This document shows positions 1 through 13,451 of a stretch of DNA of 64,000 nt, one piece after another; positions within the stretch are counted from its first letter, which is position 1, and every line of letters starts with the position of its first letter. The translations under genes and the position numbers were made by a program. The stretch lies in the NCBI RefSeq assembly GCF_000143415.4, contig NW_003314271.1, positions 3,021,742 through 3,085,741 on the forward strand, in the 5' to 3' direction. Under the pieces are notes generated by a model. The model was given only the letters and a program-made list of their open reading frames with translations, did not search any database and was not told the origin of the DNA. Source of the stretch: Selaginella moellendorffii. Its lineage: Eukaryota; Plantae; Lycopodiophyta.

Positions 1-355
1 TGGCATTATATAAAATCTTATTTATAATTTAATAACTTTGAAATTCATAAAACTGCATTTATTAGCCAAAAAGCACAGAGTACAGATTTAAGAAAGTGAA
101 AAGAATACTTTTTCTGTAAACATTTTATTTTATATTCTAATAAACATCCTTGCTATTGCATATAGTTAATATTTAAATTTTTAGAACAAGAAGTGTCCTT
201 TAGAACATTTTTATCTATATAATGTGTAAAGAGTTAGGTTTGCCATAACCTTAATATTTTAAAGTTTATAATATTTGTATTAAATTATAATTGAAAATTG
301 AGTTCAATTTGCAAGCTTAACTCTTTAGCTCATGAGCTCAAGAATGATCTTATCC
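1..355 (+). mobile_element. Degenerate terminal fragment of the MULE family (end downstream of the transposase)
   Basis: Collinear with the reverse complement of ~37853-38220 (e.g. gaacaagaagtgtcctttagaacattttt, catgagctcaagaatgatc), with many transitions. Confidence 0.8.
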
Positions 356-424
356 AACCTACCCACCCACTATCCCTACTCTGTCACACTTTGGAATCTT
401 GTGATATATTTATAAGCATTTTAC

Positions 425-1004
425 TTGGCAGTCGATGATACTTTGTGTTCTTTAAGCTATTTTTTATAAGTTATTTAGCATGTTATCTGCAATTTTGGTA
501 GTTAAGATTTATCATTAAGTTTTTTTTTATGATACATTTGGTATTCAATTTTGTTAGATGGTTAATCCTATGACTTTAAACTCTAATGATCTTGGTGGTT
601 TCTACTCTATATTGATTTATCGGATGATAACTTAATTAGAATACTTTTGTGTTCTAATATAAGACTTATTCACTAATAATTTAGTCTTTAAGATATCATT
701 ATTTCTAACTTTGGTATTGTCCATCTATTAATCTTTAGGTTTGCACTAGTATAGGCAAATTGGCTTTAACATTTTGTATGCATGATGAAATCTTTAGTTA
801 TGGAGTAGCTATTGTAGATTGAGCACATCATCTATCTCTTTTTCAATATTCCTTATTCCATTGAAAAATGTGTGACCATGTAAACAACTTTAACTACTTA
901 TTTACAGTAGCCTATTTAAACCTTATTGACAAGTTTAGTTTATTTGTTCATGAGGGATGAGCTCTTTAACTTCTCTTCTATATCACCTGCAAGTAGGGGC
1001 ATAT
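425..1004 (+). mobile_element. Decayed fragment of the family A non-coding internal region
   Basis: Collinear with ~58555-59140 (gatactttgtgttcttt...tttatcggatgataactta...ggggcatat). Interrupted at 1005 by a family B LTR. Confidence 0.75.
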
Positions 1005-3770
1005 TGTAAGCAAGTAAATTTTCCATTCTACTTTAGTCACTTAACCACACTTTCGACCACATAAAAGAGTCTCATTCACAACCTCCATAAGTTCTATTCC
1101 AGACTTGGGGACTTGCTAGCCCCGAGAATGGCATCTATACCACTCAACCTTTGCACTTTGTCCAAGTGTTCCACATGTTTGATCCCATGACCGATATTGA
1201 GACTCCTTTGGCAAGAGGTTCTCATGAACCTGCTAACTTAACCTCAAATCATCACACCTTGGCACATTTGGTGTCTCCACACCATTGGCTCTACAAACCT
1301 ACACTTATGACACTTCCAAAACCAAAGTAGTCGTTTCTCATGCTAACTATCAGTTAGCATTGCATTATAGTGTTCACACACTAAAGTTGTTTTTTTCCGA
1401 GAACACCTTTCCCATAACTTTAGTATGGCATATTCTACCATCAATAAGATACCCATTATTCTATCCTCCTTGTCTTTCATGGGGTACAACACACCTCAGT
1501 CCAAATGCTTCTACCAATCCCTTAAGACCATTCCTTGACTCCACTTGAGTCATCTAGCTTTTTAGACTTTGCTAATCTGACAATCCGTAAAGTCCTACTT
1601 TTACTAGAATATAACTTCATGTATTCATATCCTACTCATAAGGACCATCTTTGCAAATATTATTTTAACATTTGATTATTCTTTGTTCCATATGGGCTAC
1701 TTTTTGTCCTAAGGGCTACCCCTTAGGACTATCCGTCCATATCATGAGAATACTGACTCATCCTCTAAATACACCCCTAACTTGCATTTATTCCTGCATT
1801 TATTAAAGGTAGCCTCAGCTATCATTTCAAGGATTTACGTCCTCTTCCATATTTGACCTTCTATAGTCATTAATTCTCGTTTTAGATTCATGAGCACCAC
1901 CCTCAACTATATGAGGATAATCTTACAACTCCTTTATTGTCTTGGAGTCTTTATCCTTCCTATGATCCCAACTATAGTTTGTTACCACAACTATATTAGC
2001 CAGTTTGCTAAGTAAATACTTATCTGGATCACATCTTCAACTCTCTGAGGAAAACTTTATATTGTTCCCAAGATCTCAAAGTCATTCCCTTACTAGCCCT
2101 TTTCTATCTACCACATTACATACAAGTTCACATATGAACTAGAGTGGAGAGTCACATCCTCCCGACATGCTACTCCTCGAATATAGGCTCAATCCTAGGA
2201 CCTTTCGATACCAATATAAGTGGTAATATACTTGGCCACTAATAAGATTTAGATTAAGGAACAATTTCGATACTAAATTGTAAGTGACTAAATTTTCCAT
2301 TCTACTTTAGTCACTTAACCACACTTTTGACCATATAAAGGAGTCTCACTCACAACCTCCATAAATCCTGTTCTAGATTTGGAGACTTGCTAGCCTCGAG
2401 AACGGCATCTATACCACTCAACCTTTACACTTTGTTCAAGTGCTCTACGTGTCTAATCCTATGACTGACACCCAAAAGTACCACCAATATATCAACTTGT
2501 TATACTAAGGCCATGCCCATTCACTTTTGTCACACTGGTGGTCTAACACCACCTGCATCATAGTCCTGTCTCCTAATGACTAGGCTATCTATCCATGGGT
2601 GATCATCCCTTGACTACACTTTAGCACCATTAGGATGCCTGAAAACATGGGGAACACCCTTCCCTAATATCCCTTCTTCCGTCCCTACTAAGTTCTTTAT
2701 CCACGGCCGTGTTCACCAACACTGCCATTAGGTTAAGGCCCAAAGGCCCGACCACTAAGTCCTATTGTCCTCTAGGACTTCCTCACCATATGACCATATC
2801 TTTGGTCACTACACTAGAGGATTGCCTCTTTCTTTTCACAATCTGGGACTTTGGGACAACATTTCGAAACATCGTGGCCCTACATGAACCTCATGGGTAC
2901 TCTCCCCACCTTCCACCTTTAGGTGCCCTAGCCATATGGCTAAAGCGAGGTTTCAATGAGCCACACTAGGTATCCAAGTAGGTGGTGCCACCCGCATTTG
3001 GACTGGGAGCATCGACCATTTGATCTCCTGGGGGAGTTAGAGCCGGCCTTTGAACACTTCACCAAATTACCCCATTTGTTTGTTTGTATTCACTTTAGCC
3101 TTGGACTCCTCAGTGGTTATATCATCACCCAACACATGGGTATAGCCTTCCTTGGTCACATTGGCATTTTTTGGCCAAACTGGCTACACCCAACTATACT
3201 TTTGGAGCTCACTAAACCCTCTAGGGTCTGGGAGACAAACGCTTTAGGCTTTCACCCTCGGACTTGGACTCGAACTTGGACTCGAACTCAGACTCAGACT
3301 CGGTCTCGGACTTGGACTCGGTCTCAGACTTGGACTCAGTCTCAATCTCGGACTCGGACTCGGTCTCAGACTCGGTCTCAGTCTCAGTCTCGGTCTCGGT
3401 CTCAGTCTTAGTCTTGATCTAGATCTCAGACTCCATCTCGGGTCCATCTCAGACTCCATCTCAAGTCCATCTTAGACTCCATCTTAGGTCCTTCTTGGAC
3501 TCCATCTCAAACTCTATCTCGGGTCCATCTCAGGTCCATCTTAGACTCCATCTCAAGTTCATCTCAAACTCCATCTTGGGTCCATCTCGGATCTATCTCA
3601 GATTCCATCTCGGACTCCATCTCAGGTCCATCTCGAACTCTATCTTGGACTCCATCTTGGGTCCATCTTGAACTCCATCTTGGGTCCTCTTGTGTCCGTT
3701 TTCTAGAGACTCACTTATTGCTTGTTACGTGCTCGTTCCTCAAGCACTTCGTTGGGAGTTCTACTCCTAA
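1005..3770 (-). mobile_element. Deleted family B LTR retroelement: LTR fragment 1005-~1195, internal remnant, PBS, 5' LTR 2279-~3770
   Basis: tgtaag..ttccattctactttagtcacttaacc LTR end at 1005 and 2279. Degenerate PBS just left of 2279. The 12-bp tandem array typical of B LTRs lies at ~3260-3680. Confidence 0.75.
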
Positions 3771-3771
3771 C

Positions 3772-4663
3772 CACATTGACGTGGTCACCACTATGTTGTT
3801 CAAGGCACTTGTGGGCAGCATCAGTGCCGAAGAAAAAGCAACCTATGACAAGGAAATCAAGTCCTTTAATGAACACAGCACCACCAACATCAAGACCGTA
3901 GATCCGGCCCTGGCAGGTACCACTTAAATTCGAGTTGGTCTACCATAAATCCAAGAATTTCACCTGTGACAATGTATGTATAGATGCAAACTATCCAGCA
4001 CATTCGGCAGAGTGGAGCAAGAGCGTCTTTGATTACATGGCCTTTGTCGAGTTTCTTGATGACCAAAGTCTGATCGGGATCTGGGAACTAGCTTCCACAG
4101 AGAAGAGGAAGCAAGAGATCCATGACTTCTACAGCACTACTTACTGCAAGAAGAGGACCAGCCCCATTCGAGCTATGTACGTACCCAAACAAGATAACTG
4201 GAGTCTTCCTGACATTGGTGGCGACTGGTACTACCTGGGTCAGACAGACAGTGGTCAATGTCATCTGGTTGTTCAAGACAAAGGATCGGGGCACTGGGTG
4301 ATATTGAAAGCTGGGGCAGCTATAACATGGGCTATGGAGGTAGTGTCTGGAGTGGTTTTCCTGCAAATCCCAACATGTATCATGTGATGGGGGAACTTCT
4401 TCAAGACAGAGGCATACCCTCCCACCAAAGAAGAGGTGGGGCGGATCAAAGCCATCCGCAAGGACTGCTTGGTGAGAGGCATGACATCAGGCGAGATTGA
4501 TTTGCCAGCCATGGGGACTGGAGTAGTGGCATCCCTTGTGCCCATGGACTACAAGGGTCTGTCAGACCAAAGCCTTGGTCACTACTTTGTCAAAGTTAGT
4601 TCTTCTTCAAACCTCTATGTGCTCAAGGACGAAGTTGTATATGTTGAAGGTACGCAGGTTTAA
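3772..4663 (+). pseudogene. Frameshifted gene fragment with Vps62-like/MABP beta-prism-type repeats
   Basis: Successive frames give DWYYLGQ..LVVQD, GGSVWSGFPANPNMYHVMG, then (after a +1 shift in a G run) NFFKTEAYPP..IKAIRKDCLV. This resembles the SxW-P-Y-xG-P-(V/I)RxDxV repeat of Vps62-like domains. Confidence 0.45.
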
Positions 4664-4814
4664 CTCCGTAGGTGATCAGCATCTTGGTCCACTTTGTGTT
4701 AATAACTTAAAGACTAGCAATATTACATCGTTAATAAAACAAGTCTTACTTTATGCTCCATCTCAGAATCATGGTGTTTGAGTCTTGACACAGATTCATG
4801 TTCCTGTGAAGAAA

Positions 4815-6735
4815 TCAAGGTTTTCAATCTCATTTGAGGTGAGTGCAACTCTATTAACAATTGGTCATTCTTTAGATATTACTTCAGGTTTTGTCACTAT
4901 AGTGTCTTCAAGCTGTTTTGTATGGTTGGCATTAGTGTTACAATAATACAACCAACATCATTTCAAAAATCCTACTTACTTTTATTCCCCATGGAAATAT
5001 AGGGTTGGAATATAAGTAAATTTATCACTATGGATCCAAGCTTAATATTTGCCCCTCAAAAGCATCCCTATACAATTTTGTTAGCATATAGCAGATTGCC
5101 CATTACTTTGGCTTTATGTTATGTAAATGATTTTAATCTGTTATAATGCATTCTTTTTATCACCCACTTGAGATGGCTCAATCCGGGGGTATTGTCCGGT
5201 AATCAACATCAAGCTTATAAGATTTTTTTGCTCTAAGGTTTGTGTTAATATCTTCACTAGTAAAGGAAAAATAACACTTTGAGTGGACAGTTTTCATATT
5301 ACTAATAGAGTAATTACCAAGGAGTGTATTCCATAGATGTGCTATAAACCACTTCCTCCACTATAGTTCCCATTATTTGTGTAGGTGGAGTTACTTCTTC
5401 ATCTAATCATGTAACATTTCAATAGAAAGCCTTATTCCCATGTATTTTCCTTCCTCAAATGTTAAAGCTTTTGAAGATTGCTCTATAACATGTATCAAAT
5501 CCAATAAACATGTTTCATATAGACTCAACTTCCCTTTCCATACCTTAGAGGAATGCTAACTCCAATACTTATTCTTAGAGAAATTCATAGTTAGGGTGTA
5601 TATGAGATCCTCAAGTGATTGGTTATAATGAAAAGACAATATTAAAAGGTAATAAAAAAAGAAAAGAGAAGAGAAATTAATATGAAGAGAGTGATATCCC
5701 CACTAGAACATCTTAACTTCCCACCACCTCAACCACGACTCAGGTTGTGGTAGACAACTTGTGTCTATATAGCCATTTTTATACCACCACAATTGAATCT
5801 CATTTGTTTTTGCTTCATGCTCTTCTTTAGAAGGTGTAGTCTATTATTGTTTGCACAACTCCTTAAATGTTAACTAGAAATCTGGTTTGATAAAGTGGTA
5901 TTGCTGGTTTAGGCTCTAAGCCCAATAGAACTCATAAGTCTTCTTACAATCTTCTAGAGGTTGACTATTCCCAAAACCTTGAAAGATCCTTTCTTGAGTA
6001 TAGCCAAAACCATTCTAATTAGTTCTAACCCCATCCACTATGAAACCACAAAAGCTAGCAGGCTTACTAGTCTATTTTAGCATAATATCCGAGAGGGACT
6101 TTCAAAATATTTCCTAGGCTATATGGTCTTGTACTTTAAACTCTACTGTTGCAATTGTTAAGTTGAAATGTAATTTGTGAAAAGGGCAATGTTTAAAACC
6201 ATTTTAAAATAATGAGAAAAATAACTACTTCAGATTATACGAGCTCCCATGGTTATCCAACCTGATTCCAGTTCTATATGTTCAAAACGTACCCATGCAT
6301 TAGCAAAGTCACTTGACCCAGATATATCTATTTGAGAGACAAGATTTACATCAAAGGTAGGGTCTATAGTAAATATCTTGAAGACAAAGAGACACTCTTG
6401 CTCATTAAAAACTTAATTTGAAAATGAACTCCCATGGATAAACTTGTAAGGATAGGTTCACTTTAGTTGAAGGATAGAATAGAAAGATTCACACATCTAA
6501 GATTTTATCCTAAATAAAACAAAATGTAAGAGAGATATTATTGTAAAGTATATAATATTATTTTCTTACCTTCTGAGGTTAGTCGCAAGTTGCATGCATC
6601 ATAGTAAGTACTGTAAACTAGCATTGTCCAATTGAGTCTTTTTGCAACCTAGATTGAGTAGAGTGCTTGTAATAAAATCCTTGAGCACTGTTTTTTGAAC
6701 ATGCTTCGGAATGCAAAAGAATTTTTCATTATCTT
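4815..6735 (-). pseudogene. Decayed MULE transposase fragment (same family as 38498-41817)
   Basis: Collinear with ~38945-40890, including the same introns. Many stops and C>T/G>A changes. Confidence 0.85.
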
Positions 6736-6744
6736 TGTCTGCAC

Positions 6745-8548
6745 AAAATTAGTATACTTTATATAATTAATAAAAAATATACTTTTTATTTGATATACCT
6801 ACAAGTTGTAGTGCACATGGTTTTCACCCTTTATCCTATAGTAAATTACTATAAGATAACCACAAAGTGGAACTTAAAACCCTTTATATGCCATGTGTTA
6901 TATGCCACGTGTCCAAGGATAGTGGAGTAGAACTTGAGTTTTAGGGCTTTGGACTACTGAACGAAGGGACGGAGCCAAACTCCCAAACTTGCAACCAAGG
7001 AATGAAGGAACTAGAGCATGGAGTGACTTTTGAGCATTCAATATAAGGAGTGAAAGGATATAAGCACAGAGTGACTTAGAATTGTCCTAGAGCTTTAGCA
7101 TCTTAGGACTGACACGCAAAATAGAACCAAATGCAATTTGGCACTATTTCAGCATACTAGTAGCCTAACACGATGATACGGGTACTTTGCCAACTAGCAT
7201 GGTGTGAAATTTGGGCTTAGACTCAAGCTAAACGCAAAACAAGGACAAGCACATAAACAAAAGTTAAACTATACTTTAAATTGGTTAGCCATGCCTGATC
7301 TACCCAATATCTCTACTATACATATGGACCCGACCCCCCCCCCCCTTTGAGGAACACATGCTTTGGGCTTTCACTCTTAAACACCCTTAGTCCTAAAAGT
7401 TAGTCTCTAGGACAAGCATGAAAACTTATTACAAATGGAATAGTGTTAAATTACAAATTTGGACACAAGATCAACACTATTGTGTTTAGGACAATCTTTA
7501 CATTTTATAGATATACCAAATCTAGACACTTTCCATAAATAACAATTGGGACTAAATGAGACCAACACATGAGGCATGATAATAAGGGTGTTTGGCAAAT
7601 ATGGTAAGCTAATATGTAGCGATATTGCAAGATTAATCTCAATATATGAGAGTTCTTGTCAAGCTTGTGCAAGACAAAACAAAAGAGAACTAAGAGACAA
7701 GTTAAGTATGCTCAGCAAGAAACACATAAGAGTTCTTACCTTATATTCATCTAGTTAAGTACAAATGCTAAACCCATTTTATTAACACTTGATCAAGAGA
7801 AGCTGAAAAAGGGAACTAGTAAGATTAACTTCCTACAGTTATAGTAGTAAAAAAAGAATATTTGAAAGGACCAACCAATAGATAACTTTTGATACCTATA
7901 GTCATATTTGCGACACGAGTGTTTTTTTTTTTTGCAATATTACCTATAATACTCGTCTATATTTATTTCTATTTTTACCATCTCAAAAGATATTTCATGG
8001 TAGTCTTTCGGATGCATGATGTTGTAATGTGTTGCAAGAGTATATATATCATTATACTAATTGTTGCTTTGTTTCCACTGAAGCCAGAAAACATATAAGG
8101 CATTTTTTTAAAGTCACGAAATTGCAATTTTCTAAAACAAGTAGGAGAGTATTTTTTTTAACTCAATTTGTTATACCCTTTGTCATTGCTCTTTTATATG
8201 CAACAAGCTTACATGAATGGTTTTTTTTTTTTTCCTTTTAAACGGTTATATACCTTTATATAGAATCTTATTTCAAATTTAATAACTTTAAATTCTGACA
8301 AATCTAACATTTACTAGCCAAAAAGCACAAAGTGTAGATTTAAGAAAGTGAAAAGATTATTGTTTTTTTAAACAAATCTTATCTTATTTTATGTTCCAAC
8401 AAGCATCTTTATTATGGCATATAGTAAGCATTTAAATTGTTGAACAAGAAGTGTCCTTTAGAACATTTTTACCTATATAATATAGTTCTGAAAATATTTA
8501 AACCTTAATTTTTAGCTCAACTCACGACAACTTGTGAGCTCAAGAATA
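6745..8548 (+). mobile_element. MULE terminal segment in opposite orientation to the adjacent transposase fragment, interrupted by a solo LTR
   Basis: Matches the reverse complement of ~37860-38455 and ends in gtgagctcaagaat. Confidence 0.75.
6807..7915 (-). mobile_element. Solo LTR, family A
   Basis: TGT...ACA termini, homologous to 53257-54403. 5-bp TSD CAAGT/CGAGT. Confidence 0.85.
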
Positions 8549-8549
8549 G

Positions 8550-8733
8550 CAATGGAGCAGCTGTACCTGTATGTAGATCATCTCTTGGCTTACTCTGGTA
8601 TGAGGGACTCGATGCTTACTTCACTCGGCCACAGCAGGAGTTCCTGCTCTTGTTTCTGACTGAGCAATTGGCCAGGATGATCGAGGAAGCCATGGACAAA
8701 GGCAAGGTCTGCACGGCACACTCTCTTGCGCCT
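8550..8733 (+). pseudogene. Truncated duplicate of the 3' part of the gene at 12247-13452
   Basis: Near-identical to ~13121-13353 (caatggagc.gctgtacctg...gcacggcacactctct) with two internal deletions. Confidence 0.85.
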
Positions 8734-9584
8734 TGTAATAGAGATCAAATGCAGGATCCATGCAAGGAACATGATGAGCAGCAGCCAAGGTCTTGTTTCG
8801 ATCTGGAAGACTCTACATACAGCGGCCACATAGAACAGAGTGGAGAAAAGATTGATACAAAGAGACCTCAAGCCAAAGATTATGCAAGTTGGGACGTGAA
8901 GATTTTCCTGGCTACCGGAGAAACAAGGCCTTTGAAATGCTACTCAGAAAGAAAGCGACTTCATGACTGGATCATGTTTCCTGCAAAGATAATCTGAAAG
9001 GTTTTGAGATGAAAGAACATTTGAACATACCTTGGTTGTGAACTTAGAAAGACCGGATTGGCGTGGAGGGACGAGCTTGACACTTGAGATAGTGGTGCCG
9101 AGCAGCGATCATCTCCTTGTGCGTTAGTCCCTGTTTAAACAGATTCACCATGAAAAATTAAATTGCTAAAATTTTCCATTGTTGTTTCTTACTTTTGGAA
9201 GGTCATAGAAATTGTCCAACGTCGGAGAAGTTCCATCTTCCTACGATCAGAAAGCTGAAAACGATAGAATCACCAAGGACCAAAAAAATGTACCTTTTTT
9301 TCCCCCTTCTGGAGCTCCCTCTTCCTAGAAAATAAATCAAACGATCAATCTACAATACTAAACATCAGAAAGCACAGTGACGAGGAAGACAGACAAGCAG
9401 AATACCGCCCACACTGATAGAATAGTGGCTCCCTTCGCGGAGTACCCTCGAATCCACCGTCGCTAGCGCGAGGGATGCCAGGCGGGATGCTTTGCTGCTC
9501 ACAACATTGCCGTTTTGTTATAATGAAAATATCAAAAAGGTTCTCGTTCCTACAAAACGGGTCCTAGGGTTTCAAAACTATCAA

Positions 9585-10499
9585 ATGGCGATTGGTCTTC
9601 AGAATCAGGGAAGTACGTGCTCGATGAACAGCAGCCTCCAGTGCCTGCTACATACGCCACGGCTATCAGATTTCTTTGCAAAGTCGGACAAGATCAGGGG
9701 TGAAGTGGCGAATGATTTCAGGAAGCTGATCATTGAGAGCATGCGTAGCAACGCGAGCGTGTCCATCAAGCCAGGACCCAAGCTCCAATCTAGCCCAGGC
9801 TCGCAACAGGATGCACAGGAGTATCTCATGTTCCTCTTGAATGCTTTGGATCAAGAGCTGAAGCACGGTCATGATATGAGGGCTGCCACGAAAATGAAGC
9901 CTGTGAAATCAGGGAGAAAGGATCGTAAAGGTGGTGGTCAAGTGCAAAGCTCGCTAGTTGCAGAAATTTTTGAGGGCCAGACTAGAACAAAGCTACAGTG
10001 CCCAAAGTGCTCCAACGAGGCCTCGGTGACACTTGAGACTTTCATGTCTCTCTCGCTGCCAGTACCATCATCGACTGTGGGCAACACCATTACGCTAGAA
10101 TCGTGCATTCAAGAGTACACAAAAGATGATATGTTGGATGCATGGTGCTGCTCAAAGTGCAAGAGTAAGCAGCACAACATTTGCAAGAAGATGGAGTTTG
10201 TGAAACTTCCAGCCTGCTTGATTATCCATCTCGCAAGGTTCAAGTGTGATTCGTCTGGGAATGTCGAAAAGATTGATACTGCCATAGATATTCCAGAAAG
10301 TGTGGAGATCTCGGGGCAGCACTACTCACTATATGGGTTGATAAACCACACGGGTGACGCTGATTACGGGCACTATACAGCGAGTATAAAACTTGGAAAC
10401 AGTGAGTGGTATGCATGTGATGACGAATCGGTGGAACATGTTTCAGAACACAGTAGCTCCACAGATGCATACATTCTGTTTTACCAGAAAACTTCCTAG
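9585..10499 (+). CDS. Intronless ubiquitin-specific protease (USP, peptidase C19), catalytic domain only, 304 aa
   Basis: Cys box GLQNQGSTCSMNSSLQCL, QQDAQEYL, finger CxxC pairs, His box YSLYGLINHTG..YGHYTA, WYACDD and AYILFY. First ATG at 9585 (the track start at 9492 is TTG). Telo-box-like tagggttt just upstream. Confidence 0.93.
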   Translation: MAIGLQNQGSTCSMNSSLQCLLHTPRLSDFFAKSDKIRGEVANDFRKLIIESMRSNASVSIKPGPKLQSSPGSQQDAQEYLMFLLNALDQELKHGHDMRAATKMKPVKSGRKDRKGGGQVQSSLVAEIFEGQTRTKLQCPKCSNEASVTLETFMSLSLPVPSSTVGNTITLESCIQEYTKDDMLDAWCCSKCKSKQHNICKKMEFVKLPACLIIHLARFKCDSSGNVEKIDTAIDIPESVEISGQHYSLYGLINHTGDADYGHYTASIKLGNSEWYACDDESVEHVSEHSSSTDAYILFYQKTS

Positions 10500-10899
10500 A
10501 GCGCATGAACATTTGTAACTCATGATAATAAGTTAATTCATTTGACGGAATGACGGAATGTATGACGGAATGTTTCATTGTCAGATCGCAAACTTCCTTG
10601 ACAAGAATGTATTGGCACTGAAAAAGGAGACAAGTAACCTGCTTGTTTCCCCAAGAAGCTGGAGAGATCGAGGAATTAAGAATTCTGAACAACTCGAGAA
10701 AGTAAGCAAAGATTTACTCATTTAACCTTGATAAAGACAAGCGGATCGAGTTTTTCACATGGTCAGGCCGCACGCCTGGCTGGTAGGAAACGCAGAACAG
10801 ACACAAACAAAAACACGTTTACCTTGGGGACTTTCATGTCCGACTAGTTGTTTGTTGAATCCGTCCCCTTATGTCGGCATCCGAAGAAGAGATAGACGG

Positions 10900-11185
10900 A
10901 AGCAACCAGGTGAGGTACCAGCGCGTTTTGGACTTCTCATGAGGTACCTGGATCTCAGCTCCAACAATCTCACCACCATAGAAAGCTTGCTCCTACAAAA
11001 CAATCGCCTGGATGCTGATCTATGTTTGCCTCCCTCCAAAGGTGTGCTACTTTGATGGAGGCGAGCTTTAACACTCTTGCCGGAGAACTCCCAGCGAAAA
11101 CCATCACCTGATCCTCTGGGCATATAGTTTCGAGGGACATATTCCATCCGCTTTAGCAACCTCGTCGACCTGCAAGACCTGTAAT
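10900..11185 (+). pseudogene. Plant extracellular LRR (LRR-RLK/RLP) fragment
   Basis: GEVPARFG..LRYLDLSSNNL, LLLQNNRL, NTLAGELP and FEGHIPS motifs in broken frames. Confidence 0.65.
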
Positions 11186-12246
11186 GGTTGAGCTCCATCT
11201 GAACAAATGGCGAGAGGTAGGAAACATATTTATGGGGAGAGATACGAAAAACAAATGTTTACCTTGCCAGGAGCAGAATGTAGAAACAGACTGACGAAGT
11301 AGAACATCCAGCTTCAATGTGCGTGTCGGACTTACAGAGAAGGCCTGTGTCCTTAGAGTGCATCTATTGGCAAAGAGCTGAACAACAAACAGAGTTAGCA
11401 GATCAAAAGAATGCTACTGGTACCGTGATCGTTGTTAGTTGAATCAGCCCTCCAGGATTCAGTTCCTCCAAAGAAGAAACCACCACGTACGGCATCCCAA
11501 ATGCTGTCGCTAAGCAGTGGGAGCCATTTACGTTGAAGCAAGCAGCTGCATCAGCAAACCAGCGAAGAGAAATTGCTCTACGTGGGAGTGTCCTGTGAGC
11601 TTGGGCCGCAGGTTACAAGCAATGATCGACTAAGCTCGATGAAGTCACTCATGATGCACTTGGCGTCCGCTTCTTGCAAAAAAGAAGAGTGATTTCGTCG
11701 TGTAACTATACTTGAAGAGTAGAGATTAGAGCGGACTCACATTCTAAACAACGGGCGATGACGACAGTTCTCCGTTGCTGTCTAGAGCCGGCTACCACTG
11801 ACTTGAAAGAAAAGAAGACAGCCGCTTGACACTAGAACGAGTTGTTAGTGAATGAGCCTTGAGAAATCAATTTACCCTGTCCAGTTCCTTCTTGATCAGC
11901 CACAAGACTAGTGACAATTTGCGTAGCTAAAGGCACTCTGGGCTCAACCACAAGAATTTAAGTGGGATCCATAAATCCAGGAATGCCATACCTTGTACGA
12001 CGATTTTGTGATGCTCTCGATCGACGCCCGGCGACCTTGCAGCATGCCCAATGCAGGTCTGGATGGAGATCGTACCTGTTGGATCGATCCAAGAACAGCG
12101 CCCTGGGCGTCGAGAGAAGCGCCATAATATCGTAAAACCCTATCGGAAAGTACTTGGTGGCGGGAAAAGCCCTAGCTATTCGCGAGAAGAGGAGCGCGTT
12201 CTTTACTCCATCGGCGCCCCCGATTCGCAAGAAGAGAAGCTTCGCC

Positions 12247-13451
12247 ATGCATTCTCCAGGTTCCCCGTCGTCGCCCCTGATTCGCGAGAAGAGAAGCTCT
12301 GCCATGCGTTCTCCAGGTTCTCCGGCGTCGCCCCCGATTCGCGGGAAGAAAAGCTCCGCCGGTTCTCCGTCATCGCCCCCGGCCAAGACACCGGCAACAC
12401 CTCCAAGAGGATCGCAAGCGCCAGCAAGAGGATCGCCAGGCTCTCCGCTCGGATCCAAGAAAGGTACCACCAAAAAATTCACGGTTCTTGGAGAGAGGGA
12501 GATGAGGATCGATCGCCCTCCAACTCTGGCAGATCTGCGGATCCAGCCAAGCGTCACAAAGACATGGATCAGGGCTGCAAATGGCGCAAAGAAGAACGAG
12601 CCATGGGTTTTGATCGAAGACCAAGGCATGCTGGATCTTGTGTGTTCTTGGGCTCACGACTGTGACACCTTCTTGGTGGAGCACAGGGGCAACGATGAGG
12701 AGAGCCCCAACACGAAGCCGCCGCGAGGAGCTAGCGCTGGCAGCTGTGATGTTCCAAGATCAATCCAGGGGCTTATAGACGCTGTGGCTTGCAACAAGGT
12801 GGATCCAGTAACTTACGAAGATCGGGAGCCAGAGGAAGCTACAAGAGCGATCAAGGTGTGGGACAAGACCAAGTGCTTTGCCATCAGCGCTGAGGGCCTC
12901 CTCGAGTTTATGGAGCAGCAGTCCTCTCAGCGATCACTCCTCGAGGTGGAGCTCGTGAGCATGGAGGATGGCGCCATCCTCTTCACCCCGGAAGTCTGGT
13001 TTGCGTGCCTCCTGCGCAAGCATCCTTGGTCCAGCATGTTTCGAGGCTTGTTCTCACGCAATGTGGATGCGATTCGGTCCAGGCGCGAAGCTCTCGAGAA
13101 GCTCAGAGCGGACAGGGATACAATGGAGCGGCTGTACCTGTACGTGGATCATCTCTTGGCTTACTCCGGCATGGGAGCCAAGGAGCAGCAGCGTGTGGAC
13201 GAGGGACTCGACGCTTACTTCACTCGCCCACAGCAGGAGTTCCTGCTCTCGTTCCCGGCTGGTAATGGAGCTTCCATGCATGAGCAATTGGCCAGGACGA
13301 TCGAGGAAGCCATGGACGAAGGCGAGGTCTGCACGGCACACTCTCTCGCACCTTTCTACATGAAGTTTTTCCAGCTGGTCCCCGGGGTGGATTTGAGCCA
13401 GGAGAGGCTGATCGACGTGTTTTACAAGGCCAAGCGAGCGTGGAGGAGTTA

